A stretch of DNA of 28,973 bases, from assembly GCA_043745345.1 (NCBI GenBank), contig JAYTTA010000157.1:1-28973 (forward strand), written 5' to 3'. The notes below the pieces were generated by a model that saw only the letters and a program-made list of their open reading frames with translations, made no database searches and was not told the DNA's origin. Below are positions 12,650 through 19,769 of this stretch, one piece after another. How positions within the stretch are numbered: position 1 is the stretch's first letter; every line of letters begins with the position of its first letter. Origin of the DNA: Acetobacteraceae bacterium. GTDB lineage: Bacteria; Pseudomonadota; Alphaproteobacteria; Acetobacterales; Acetobacteraceae. The position numbers were made by a program, and so were the translations under genes.

Positions 12650-12679
12650 CTTTTTTCGATTCACTTTGATCGAAAAAAG
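12650..12679. promoter_or_regulatory. Perfect 11-bp AT-rich inverted repeat just after the bamD stop
   Basis: CTTTTTTCGAT(12650-12660)-N8-ATCGAAAAAAG(12669-12679). The polarity is opposite to an intrinsic terminator. Confidence 0.5.
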
Positions 12680-12681
12680 CT

Positions 12682-13596
12682 CTAGAAGACCTTGTGCCAC
12701 GCGCGGCTGAAGAAACCAGGAGGCGTGGGCGGCGCATCGGTAGTCGAGGCTTCGACGGGAATACCGGGCTGGCTACGGGGCGACGCATCGGTCACCAGCC
12801 GGTTGTCCAGCAGCGCGTCGTAGCCGTTCTGGTACCATTCGCTGCCAGGGTAGTTATAGCCGAGCACGGAGGCGGTCTTGCGTGCCTGATCACCCAGTCC
12901 GAGTTTCAGATAGATCTCGGTCAGCCGGTAGAGCGCTTCCTGGACGTGGTTGGTGGTCTGATAATTGTCTACCACGTTCTGATAGCGTCCGATCGATGCG
13001 GCATAGAGATGCTGGCGCTCGTACCATCGGCCGATCTCCATTTCCTTGCCCGCGAGATGGTCGCGTGCCAGGTCGATCTTCAGCCGGGCATCGCGCGCAT
13101 AGGCGCTTTCGGGAAACCGGTTGACGACCTCCTGCATCGCCGCCATCGCCTGTTCGGTGCCGCGCTGGTCGCGCTGGACGTCGGCAATCTGCTCGTAATA
13201 GTTCAGCGCACGCAGATAATAGACGTAGGCGATGTCGCGATGCGTGGGGTGCAACTGGATGAACCGGTCGAGCGTGCCGATCGCGTCGGTATACTTATTC
13301 TGTTGGTATTGAGCGTAAGCCTGCATCAGTTGCGCGTTGACTGCCCAAGTCGAATACGGATAATTCTGTTCGATCCGATCGAACTGGGTCACCGCCGTCG
13401 CGTAGCGCTTCTGGTTTAGCGCATCGAGGGCATTATTGTACATGTCCTCGACCGGCAGGACCGAGGCGCTGGCGGCCTCAGTGTCGGCGTCGCTGTTGCC
13501 GCAGCCCGCAGCGGTGCCGAGCACCACGACACAGCCAAGCACGCGGACGGCAATCCTGAAACATTGGAAGAAATTCGGCATCGGATGAGGTTCCAT
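12682..13596 (-). CDS. bamD: Outer membrane assembly lipoprotein BamD (ComL)
   Basis: Signal peptide with lipobox TAAG-C, TPR-like helices (FDRIEQNYPYSTWA..AQLMQAYAQY, YVYYLRALNYYEQI..RDQ, LAGKEMEIGRWY, EALYRLTEIY) and LGYNYPGSEWY. Start may be 13596 or 13581. Confidence 0.96.
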   Translation of the reverse strand: MEPHPMPNFFQCFRIAVRVLGCVVVLGTAAGCGNSDADTEAASASVLPVEDMYNNALDALNQKRYATAVTQFDRIEQNYPYSTWAVNAQLMQAYAQYQQNKYTDAIGTLDRFIQLHPTHRDIAYVYYLRALNYYEQIADVQRDQRGTEQAMAAMQEVVNRFPESAYARDARLKIDLARDHLAGKEMEIGRWYERQHLYAASIGRYQNVVDNYQTTNHVQEALYRLTEIYLKLGLGDQARKTASVLGYNYPGSEWYQNGYDALLDNRLVTDASPRSQPGIPVEASTTDAPPTPPGFFSRAWHKVF

Positions 13597-13604
13597 GTCC
13601 GTCG

Positions 13605-13632
13605 CTTATAGCATGGCGGGCGGAATGGCGAA
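13605..13632 (-). promoter_or_regulatory. Candidate internal promoter for bamD-recN-ligA
   Basis: Minus strand TTCGCC-N16-TATAAG, preceded by TGC, in the 43-nt lpxC-bamD gap. Confidence 0.35.
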
Positions 13633-13639
13633 GGGGCGT

Positions 13640-14623
13640 TCAGGCGCGCTGCAATTCCAGGTCGGAATAGTCGAAAGCCGGCAATACGCCGTTATCCGAG
13701 GTCATGCGCCAGTTTGCCGGGTCCGCAAACAGGGCCCGCAGCAGCTGGTTGTTGAGCGCGTGGCCGGATTTGTGCGCGACGAATTGAGCGGCGAGTGGCG
13801 CCCCGGCCAGTGCCAGGTCGCCGACCGCATCCAGCATCTTATGACGCACGAATTCGTCGGGCATGCGCAGCCCGGCCGGGTTCAGCACCTCGGCGCCATC
13901 GACCACCACCGCGTTCTGCAGGCTGCCGCCCTGGGCGAGGCCAGCCCGGCGTAGCTGGTCGATCTCGCTGGCCAGCGCAAAGGTGCGGGCCGGCGCCAGC
14001 GCGCGGCGAAAATTCTCCGACGATAGCCTAAGGGAAAGAGCCTGCCGGCCAATGGCGGGAGCGGTGAAGTCGATCGAAAGCGTCAGTTCAAGATCGCTGC
14101 TACCGGGATAGGGCTGGGGCCGAAGCAGTGCGAAGGCATCGCCATCACTGACCTCGACCGGGCGCAGAACCTGGATGGCGGCACGCGATGCCGCCTGCTC
14201 GACAATGCCGGCGCAGTCGATCAGGAACAGGAACGGTGCCGAGGAGCCATCCAATATCGGCAACTCCGGCCCATCCACCTCGACCCGGATGTTGTCGATC
14301 CCTGCACCGGCCAGCGCTGCCATCAGGTGCTCGACCGTGCCGACGCGGACCCTTGGATCATCCGGGTGGCACAGAACGGTGCAAAGCCGCGTGTCGATGA
14401 CCGCGTCGAACCGAGCGGGCAGGTGGACGTCGCCGGGAAGATCGCTGCGGCAGAAGACGATGCCATGGCCGGCCGGGGCAGGATTAAGCGTCAGGGACAC
14501 GCGCTCACCGGAATGAACCGCGGTGCCGACGCAGCCGATCGCCGACTTGAGGGTGCGCTGGCAGGAGCCGCCGCCCTGGAACATCGGGCTGGACTGCAGG
14601 CCGGCGGAGAACATTCCATCCAT
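13640..14623 (-). CDS. lpxC: UDP-3-O-acyl-GlcNAc deacetylase LpxC (about 327 aa; start uncertain)
   Basis: QRTLKSAIGCVGTAVHSG, zinc ligands TVEHLMAAL and RHKMLDAVGDL, PILDGSS, ARTF and KSGHALN. Start set at MDGMF (14623); an in-frame ATG also occurs at 14659. Confidence 0.96.
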   Translation of the reverse strand: MDGMFSAGLQSSPMFQGGGSCQRTLKSAIGCVGTAVHSGERVSLTLNPAPAGHGIVFCRSDLPGDVHLPARFDAVIDTRLCTVLCHPDDPRVRVGTVEHLMAALAGAGIDNIRVEVDGPELPILDGSSAPFLFLIDCAGIVEQAASRAAIQVLRPVEVSDGDAFALLRPQPYPGSSDLELTLSIDFTAPAIGRQALSLRLSSENFRRALAPARTFALASEIDQLRRAGLAQGGSLQNAVVVDGAEVLNPAGLRMPDEFVRHKMLDAVGDLALAGAPLAAQFVAHKSGHALNNQLLRALFADPANWRMTSDNGVLPAFDYSDLELQRA

Positions 14624-14635
14624 ATAAATGAAGCC

Positions 14636-14682
14636 TAGTTTGTTGGTCACACCGGTCATGGACCAGGTGTAGAAACAAACTA
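14636..14682 (-). promoter_or_regulatory. Long imperfect hairpin in the lpxC leader
   Basis: TAGTTTGTT(14636-44)/AACAAACTA(14674-82), ACACC(14649-53)/GGTGT(14666-70) and GGTC(14654-57)/GACC(14661-64) nest into one stem-loop. Confidence 0.5.
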
Positions 14683-14817
14683 TGTCCGGGATATGTCCGC
14701 CGCCAGTCAATGATTGTTGCCCAATATTTCAGGGCAACGAATTGTAATTGAAGTATTGTTAGGAAAGACAAACCGTTACGTTTCGCATTGCGGCAGAAAG
14801 CATGGGGCTCTCTCTCC

Positions 14818-14865
14818 GCGGGCATTCCGACTGGCCGAAGGTGTCCAGCCGGAACATTTGCCCGC
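14818..14865 (-). other. GC-rich stem-loop downstream of the ftsZ stop (no U-tract)
   Basis: GCGGGCA(14818-24)/TGCCCGC(14859-65), and TTCCGACTGG(14825-34)/CCAGCCGGAA(14845-54) with one non-Watson-Crick position (G-U on the mRNA). Confidence 0.5.
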
Positions 14866-14880
14866 TCTACTCGTGGCCTT

Positions 14881-16476
14881 CTAGCCTGAAGTCTGCCGCC
14901 GCAAAAACGCCGGCACATCCGACACGGCTTCCTCTCCAGTCGACGGACGAATCGTCGAACGCGGCTCGATGTGGATGTCCTGACGCACCTCGGTCTGGGG
15001 CGACGGGGCGCGAACTGGCGGCGCGGGTTCGGCACCACGTCGCAGTAGGCCGGTAACCTTGGCGAAGATGCTGGAACGCGGCGCCTGCTCGGTGGGCTCC
15101 TCGGACACCGACGCCTCACGGAACAGGGTGGCAGCCGGCGGAGCCGCGCGCCGTATCGGAGCCATCGGTCGGGCGGCCGGATCCGCCGTCACCTCCATGG
15201 GCTCGGTGCGCGAGCTTTCCGTCCGCAAAACCGGGCGACGTTCGTTGACCGGTGGCCGAGCCTCATAAACCGGCATCTCGACGCCGCGTGGGCTGCCACC
15301 CGCCTCAGTGTGGCCTTCGTTGCGGCTCGAAGCCGGTGGCATGCCCGGATTGGATAAGCTGTCGCGAAGCGCCTGGGACGGCATGGCGACGGATGGCGCG
15401 CCCTGGGTATGGCCGCCGGTGCCGGGCAGCGGGATCGGGTTGACCTGCTCGGTGCCACCATTGCCGACCGATACCAGGAATGGCCGTTGCGCCTCGGCGC
15501 GGATCTGGCTGTCGATGCCGGTGGCGACGACCGAAACGCGGATCTTGCCCTCTAGCGTCGGATCGAGCGCCGAGCCGAAGATGATGTTGGCGTCCGGCGC
15601 CACCTCCTCGCCGATACGCGTCGCCGCCTGGTCGACCTCGAACAGGGTCAGATCCTCGCCGCCGGTGATGTTGATCAGCAGGCCGCGCGCGCCCGACATC
15701 GAGGTGTCTTCCAGCAATGGGTTGCTGATCGCGGCCTCGGCGGCACGGATGGCGCGGTTTTCGCCCTCGGCCTCGCCTGTGCCCATCATCGCCTTGCCCA
15801 TCTCCTGCATGACGGTGCGCACGTCGGCGAAGTCGAGGTTGACCAGGCCCGGCGTCATCATCAGGTCGGTGACGCCACGCACGCCCATGTACAGCACGTG
15901 GTCGGCCATCTTAAATGCCTCCTTCCACGTCGTCTTCTCGTTCGACATCCGGAACAGGTTCTGGTTCGGGATGACGATCAGGGTATCGACGTAGTGCTGC
16001 AGCTCCTCAATGCCGCGCTCGGCGTGGCGGGACCGGCGCGAGCCCTCGAAAGTGAACGGTTTTGTCACCACGCCGACGGTCAGGATACCGCGCTCGCGAG
16101 CCATGCGCGCGATCACCGGGGCGGCGCCGGTGCCGGTGCCGCCGCCCATGCCGGCGGCGACGAACAGCATGTGGGTGCCTTCGAGGTGGCGGTAGAGCTC
16201 GTCGGCGGCCTCTTCCGCGGCGGCCTTGCCGATGTCGGGATTGGCGCCGGCGCCAAGGCCCTGGGTGATGTGCGGCCCGAGCTGGATGCGGCGATCGGCG
16301 CGACTGTGCATCAGCTGCTGCGCGTCGGTGTTGGCGACCACGAAATCGACGCCCTGCAGGTTCAGGGCGATCATGTTGTCAACGGCGTTGGTGCCGCCGC
16401 CGCCCACCCCGATCACGGTGATGCGTGGGGTGAAGTCGGTGTGGGTGGTCTGCGGAATGGTCAGGTTCAAGGTCAT
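14881..16476 (-). CDS. ftsZ: Cell division protein FtsZ (531 aa, long C-terminal linker)
   Basis: [19 protein letters not shown], tubulin signature [33 protein letters not shown] and C-terminal peptide DVPAFLRRQ. Confidence 0.99.
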   Translation of the reverse strand: MTLNLTIPQTTHTDFTPRITVIGVGGGGTNAVDNMIALNLQGVDFVVANTDAQQLMHSRADRRIQLGPHITQGLGAGANPDIGKAAAEEAADELYRHLEGTHMLFVAAGMGGGTGTGAAPVIARMARERGILTVGVVTKPFTFEGSRRSRHAERGIEELQHYVDTLIVIPNQNLFRMSNEKTTWKEAFKMADHVLYMGVRGVTDLMMTPGLVNLDFADVRTVMQEMGKAMMGTGEAEGENRAIRAAEAAISNPLLEDTSMSGARGLLINITGGEDLTLFEVDQAATRIGEEVAPDANIIFGSALDPTLEGKIRVSVVATGIDSQIRAEAQRPFLVSVGNGGTEQVNPIPLPGTGGHTQGAPSVAMPSQALRDSLSNPGMPPASSRNEGHTEAGGSPRGVEMPVYEARPPVNERRPVLRTESSRTEPMEVTADPAARPMAPIRRAAPPAATLFREASVSEEPTEQAPRSSIFAKVTGLLRRGAEPAPPVRAPSPQTEVRQDIHIEPRSTIRPSTGEEAVSDVPAFLRRQTSG

Positions 16477-16574
16477 GTCAGGTTTTCCCAGAGGTCGTTC
16501 GAGTCTGTGAAGCGTTTTGATGTCGAATCTTTTGTGAAGTCAGTGATTAAATCCGTGCGAGGGCCGGGCGGCGG

Positions 16575-17876
16575 TCACACGCGGTCACGCAGGAACCTCA
16601 CCAGCCGGCGCACCCAGCCTCCGGTCGGTTCGGTGTCGAGGTCGATGTCATACAGGCCACGGCCCTCGCCGGCGGCCCAGGCGAGCAGCCCGGCGGCAGC
16701 GGCAAAGGCCGGGCCGGAGGCGCTTTCAGGCAGGCCGCGCAGCCCGGCCGGCCGGCCGAGCCGCACCGGACGATCGAGGATGGTGGCCGCCAGTTCGCGC
16801 ACGCCGGCGAGTTGGCTGGCGCCGCCGGTCAGCACGAACCGGGTGCCCGCGGCGCGCGCGAATCCGGACTGGTCCAGCCGCTCGCGGATCATTTCGAAAG
16901 TCTCCTCAAGGCGCGGGCGAATGATGTTGACCACGGCGCTGCGCGGCACCTTGGCGATCTGGTGGTCCTCCTCGCCGACCATCGGCACCGGCAGCAGCTC
17001 GCGCTCATCGTCGCGGCAGGACTGCACGCTGCCGTACAAGGTCTTGAGCCGCTCGGCATGCTCGGTCGGGGTCGACAGCATGCGGGCAAGATCGCTGGTG
17101 ACGTGGATGCCGCCGATCGGCAGTAGCGCCGTGTGCAGCAGCTGGCCCTCGGCAAACACCGCCATGCCGGTGGTGCCGCCGCCCATGTCGATCAAGGTGG
17201 TGCCAAGCTCGCGTTCGTCTTCCACAAGGGTGGAAAGCCCCGCCGCCATCGGCGCCGAGACGATTTCGGAGATGTCGAGGTCGCATCGGCCGATGCAGGT
17301 CTCCAGCGTGCGCAGTGCGTTGCGCGCAGCGTCGATCACGTGCAGCCGGGCGGTCAGGGTGGTGCAGTGCAACCCGCGCGGATCGGCGATACCAGTGGTG
17401 TCATCGACCGAGAACGCCAGCGGCAGCGCGTGGATGGTGTCGCGGCCGTCGTACTCCGCGCGCGCCCGGCCTTCGCTGACAACTCGCCGGATGTCGCTTT
17501 CCTCGACGGCACGGCCGCCGACCGGCCACTGGACGTTGAACAGGCGGCTTTCCGGCGCGCCGCAGGATAGATTGACGGTGACGCCGCGCAGCCTTGTGTC
17601 GGCCATGTCCTCGGCTTGGCCGACACAGGCGCGGATGGCACGCTCGGCGCGGTCGAGATCGGTGATGGCACCGCCGCGCACGCCGCTACCGCGCTGCCAA
17701 CCGAAGCCAAGCACGCGCAGGCTGCCGTCGCTCTCGATCCGTCCGATCAGGCAGGCGATCTTGGTGGTGCCGATATCGAGCACGCCGAACGGTCCCGTGC
17801 GTCCGTTGCGCGGCCGCGCCGGTTCCTCCGCATCGAACGGTGGCGGTGGCAGGATGCGGCGCGACAGATCGTTCAT
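16575..17876 (-). CDS. ftsA: Cell division protein FtsA (433 aa; start corrected from 18122)
   Basis: VLDIGTTKIACLIG, IDMGGGTT, GGIHVTSD, AERLK, VLTGGASQL and C-terminal amphipathic MTS GWVRRLVRFLRDRV. SD-like AGGTG about 8 nt upstream of the ATG. Confidence 0.98.
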   Translation of the reverse strand: MNDLSRRILPPPPFDAEEPARPRNGRTGPFGVLDIGTTKIACLIGRIESDGSLRVLGFGWQRGSGVRGGAITDLDRAERAIRACVGQAEDMADTRLRGVTVNLSCGAPESRLFNVQWPVGGRAVEESDIRRVVSEGRARAEYDGRDTIHALPLAFSVDDTTGIADPRGLHCTTLTARLHVIDAARNALRTLETCIGRCDLDISEIVSAPMAAGLSTLVEDERELGTTLIDMGGGTTGMAVFAEGQLLHTALLPIGGIHVTSDLARMLSTPTEHAERLKTLYGSVQSCRDDERELLPVPMVGEEDHQIAKVPRSAVVNIIRPRLEETFEMIRERLDQSGFARAAGTRFVLTGGASQLAGVRELAATILDRPVRLGRPAGLRGLPESASGPAFAAAAGLLAWAAGEGRGLYDIDLDTEPTGGWVRRLVRFLRDRV

Positions 17877-17935
17877 GTCAGAGCACCTGGAGTGACTGGT
17901 TTCATGCCGGTCCGCTTCATGCCGGTCCGCTTCAT
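17873..17935 (-). CDS. Candidate 20-aa mini-ORF MKRTGMKRTGMKPVTPGALT bridging ftsQ and ftsA
   Basis: ATG 17935-17933 overlaps the ftsQ TGA, and its own TGA 17875-17873 overlaps the ftsA ATG. Translation has not been demonstrated. Confidence 0.4.
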   Translation of the reverse strand: MKRTGMKRTGMKPVTPGALT

Positions 17936-17940
17936 GTCGG
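17901..17940. repeat. 15-bp tandem repeat, 2 perfect units plus a partial third
   Basis: TTCATGCCGGTCCGC at 17901-17915 and 17916-17930, then TTCATGTCGG at 17931-17940. Confidence 0.9.
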
Positions 17941-18873
17941 ACGCCTGGGTCCGGTGGCCCGGCCCGGATCGGGCCTGGTAGTATCCGGCTTGGCGTCCAC
18001 CGGCGTGGGACGCAGAATAAGCTTGTCGGGCAGCCGCATGTCCACGGCCTGAAGCGGGCGATCGAGCAGCGACTGGTCCTGCTGCAGTGATTGCAGCCGG
18101 TCGAGCGCTGCGATCTCGGCACCTTCCGGCAACATCACGTCGGTGCCATTGGTCATGCGCAGGTTCCAGCGCCGTTCGCCGACCCGAATCGCCGCCATCA
18201 CCCGCGCGCCCAGGCCGGGCCGGTCCGTCAGCGCGTCCAGCAGCACGCTGGCGGCGGCCGGGGCGCCGGCGCCGACGATCAGCGGCAGGCTGCCGAACTG
18301 TGCCACGTCCTGGTCGGCGACAACCAGGCCGGCGCGGTCGACCAGGGTGAACTTGCCCTGGTTCTGCCAGATCGCAAATGGCCGGCGCTCCATCAGCGCG
18401 ATCACGAGGGTATCGGGCAGCCGGCGCTCGACCGTCGCGTGCTGGATCCAGGCCAGCGATTCGATGCGGGTCCGGGCGGCCTCGACCGAGAAGCCGAGGA
18501 TCGGATCGCCGGGCCGCGCCCCGATGGCGGCGCGCAGCACCGGCTCGGGCGTGTTGGCGCGGCCCTCGACCACGACGCGGCGAACCCGCAGCCCTACAGT
18601 TGCGGTCAGCGCGCCGAAATTCTCACGCAGGGTGGTCACCGAACCGCCCGGTCGGGCACCGTTGGCCAGGGTCGGCGTCGCGGTGCGGACTAGCGTGTAG
18701 GCCAGAAATACGGCGATCACGACCATCGCCGATCCGGCAATGGGGCGTGAATGGCGCCGGGCGCGCCGCAGCCACATTCGCCACCGGCTGGGCCGATCAT
18801 TGACCGAGTTGCGCGGCGTGCTGCGGGCATTGCCGCGTGGGGCCGCAGGGGTTGGCCGGTTCACGCGCGGCAT
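17932..18873 (-). CDS. ftsQ: Cell division protein FtsQ/DivIB (313 aa; start corrected from 18900)
   Basis: Basic cytoplasmic N-terminus, one TM helix, POTRA (GLRVRRVVVEGRANT..LAWIQHATVERRLPDTL), ERRPFAIWQ, ERRWNL and VDMRLPD. Located between ddl and ftsA. Confidence 0.95.
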   Translation of the reverse strand: MPRVNRPTPAAPRGNARSTPRNSVNDRPSRWRMWLRRARRHSRPIAGSAMVVIAVFLAYTLVRTATPTLANGARPGGSVTTLRENFGALTATVGLRVRRVVVEGRANTPEPVLRAAIGARPGDPILGFSVEAARTRIESLAWIQHATVERRLPDTLVIALMERRPFAIWQNQGKFTLVDRAGLVVADQDVAQFGSLPLIVGAGAPAAASVLLDALTDRPGLGARVMAAIRVGERRWNLRMTNGTDVMLPEGAEIAALDRLQSLQQDQSLLDRPLQAVDMRLPDKLILRPTPVDAKPDTTRPDPGRATGPRRPT

Positions 18874-19769
18874 GTCGCATGCTCCACCATCCAGGCGCAC
18901 AAGGCAGGAAAGGCGATACCGACATGGGCTGCCTGCTCGGGTAGCAGCGAGGTCGGCGTTAGTCCCGGCTGTGTATTGACCTCGAGCAGCACCAGCCGTC
19001 CGCTGGCCTCGTCATATCGGAAGTCGGCGCGTGAGGCGCCGCGGCAGCCCAATGCGCGGTGGGCGGCGAGCGCCATCGCCATCGCTGATGCATAGGTTTC
19101 GGCGCCGATCGCCGCCGGGATGACATGGCGTGAGCCGCCTTCGACGTATTTCGCCGCATAGTCGTAGAAACCGTTGCTGGAAACGATCTCGGTGACTGCC
19201 AGGGCGCGGTCATCCATCACCGAAACGGTTAGCTCGCGGCCGGGAATGTATTCCTCGACCATCGCGTGGCTGCCGAATTTCCAGCCGCGCGCGATCTCGG
19301 CACGGCGGTTGTCGCCGGCATGGATGATTTCGACGCCGACCGAGGAGCCCTCGTTGACCGGCTTGATAACGTAGGGAAGCGGCATCGGGTCGGCGGCTTC
19401 CAGCTCGGCAACTGGCATCAGTCTGCCCTGCGCTACGGCGAGGCCGGCGGTAGCGAACACCGCCTTGGCGACCCCCTTATCCATCGCCAGCGCCGAGGCG
19501 CGGACCCCGGAATGGGTGTAGGGGATGCCGAGCCAGTCGAGCACGCCCTGAACCGCGCCATCCTCGCCGAACCTTCCGTGCAGCGCGTTGAACACCACAT
19601 CAGGTGCCGGGGTCAGAGCCGCGATCAAGGCGGAAAGATCGGCGCCGGCATCGATCGGGCGGACCTCGTAGCCGGCCTCACGCAACGCGGAGATGACCTG
19701 CCGGCCGGAGGACAGGGACACCTCGCGCTCGGCCGACATGCCGCCATAGAGAACCGCGACTACCGTCAT
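18861..19769 (-). CDS. ddl: D-alanine--D-alanine ligase (302 aa; start corrected from 19799)
   Basis: GGMSAEREVSLSSG, NALHGRFGEDG, YTHSG, MDK, IKPVNEGSSVG, EEYIPGRE, FYDYAAKY and LEVNTQPGLT. ATGA overlap with murB. Confidence 0.98.
   Translation of the reverse strand: MTVVAVLYGGMSAEREVSLSSGRQVISALREAGYEVRPIDAGADLSALIAALTPAPDVVFNALHGRFGEDGAVQGVLDWLGIPYTHSGVRASALAMDKGVAKAVFATAGLAVAQGRLMPVAELEAADPMPLPYVIKPVNEGSSVGVEIIHAGDNRRAEIARGWKFGSHAMVEEYIPGRELTVSVMDDRALAVTEIVSSNGFYDYAAKYVEGGSRHVIPAAIGAETYASAMAMALAAHRALGCRGASRADFRYDEASGRLVLLEVNTQPGLTPTSLLPEQAAHVGIAFPALCAWMVEHATCRA

Noticed and set aside
12650-12679. Hairpin after bamD as an intrinsic terminator
   Set aside because: On both strands the T-run precedes and the A-run follows the core stem, which is the wrong polarity.
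14748-14762. CtrA-like TTGA-N7-TTAG
   Set aside because: It has two mismatches to TTAA-N7-TTAA in an AT-rich patch, and the presence of CtrA in this organism is unknown.
15898-17895. 665-aa plus-strand ORF antisense to ftsZ/ftsA
   Set aside because: It is in codon register with ftsZ and offset over ftsA, has no recognisable motifs and has shadow-like composition. Long antisense frames are expected in GC-rich genes where TTA, CTA and TCA codons are rare.
17877-18122. ftsA frame open for 82 codons upstream (possible FtsQ-FtsA frameshift fusion)
   Set aside because: No slippery site was seen, and the FtsQ C-terminus is periplasmic while FtsA is cytoplasmic, so a fusion is topologically implausible.
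13596-18876. GACATG context at the ftsQ, mini-ORF, ftsA, ftsZ and bamD starts
   Set aside because: The motif is short and common in GC-rich DNA, two copies probably share one duplication origin, and no mechanism is supported.
18861-19769. Ddl as a D-Ala-D-Lac (vancomycin-type) ligase
   Set aside because: The omega loop reads FYDYAAKY with Tyr, typical of D-Ala-D-Ala ligases.
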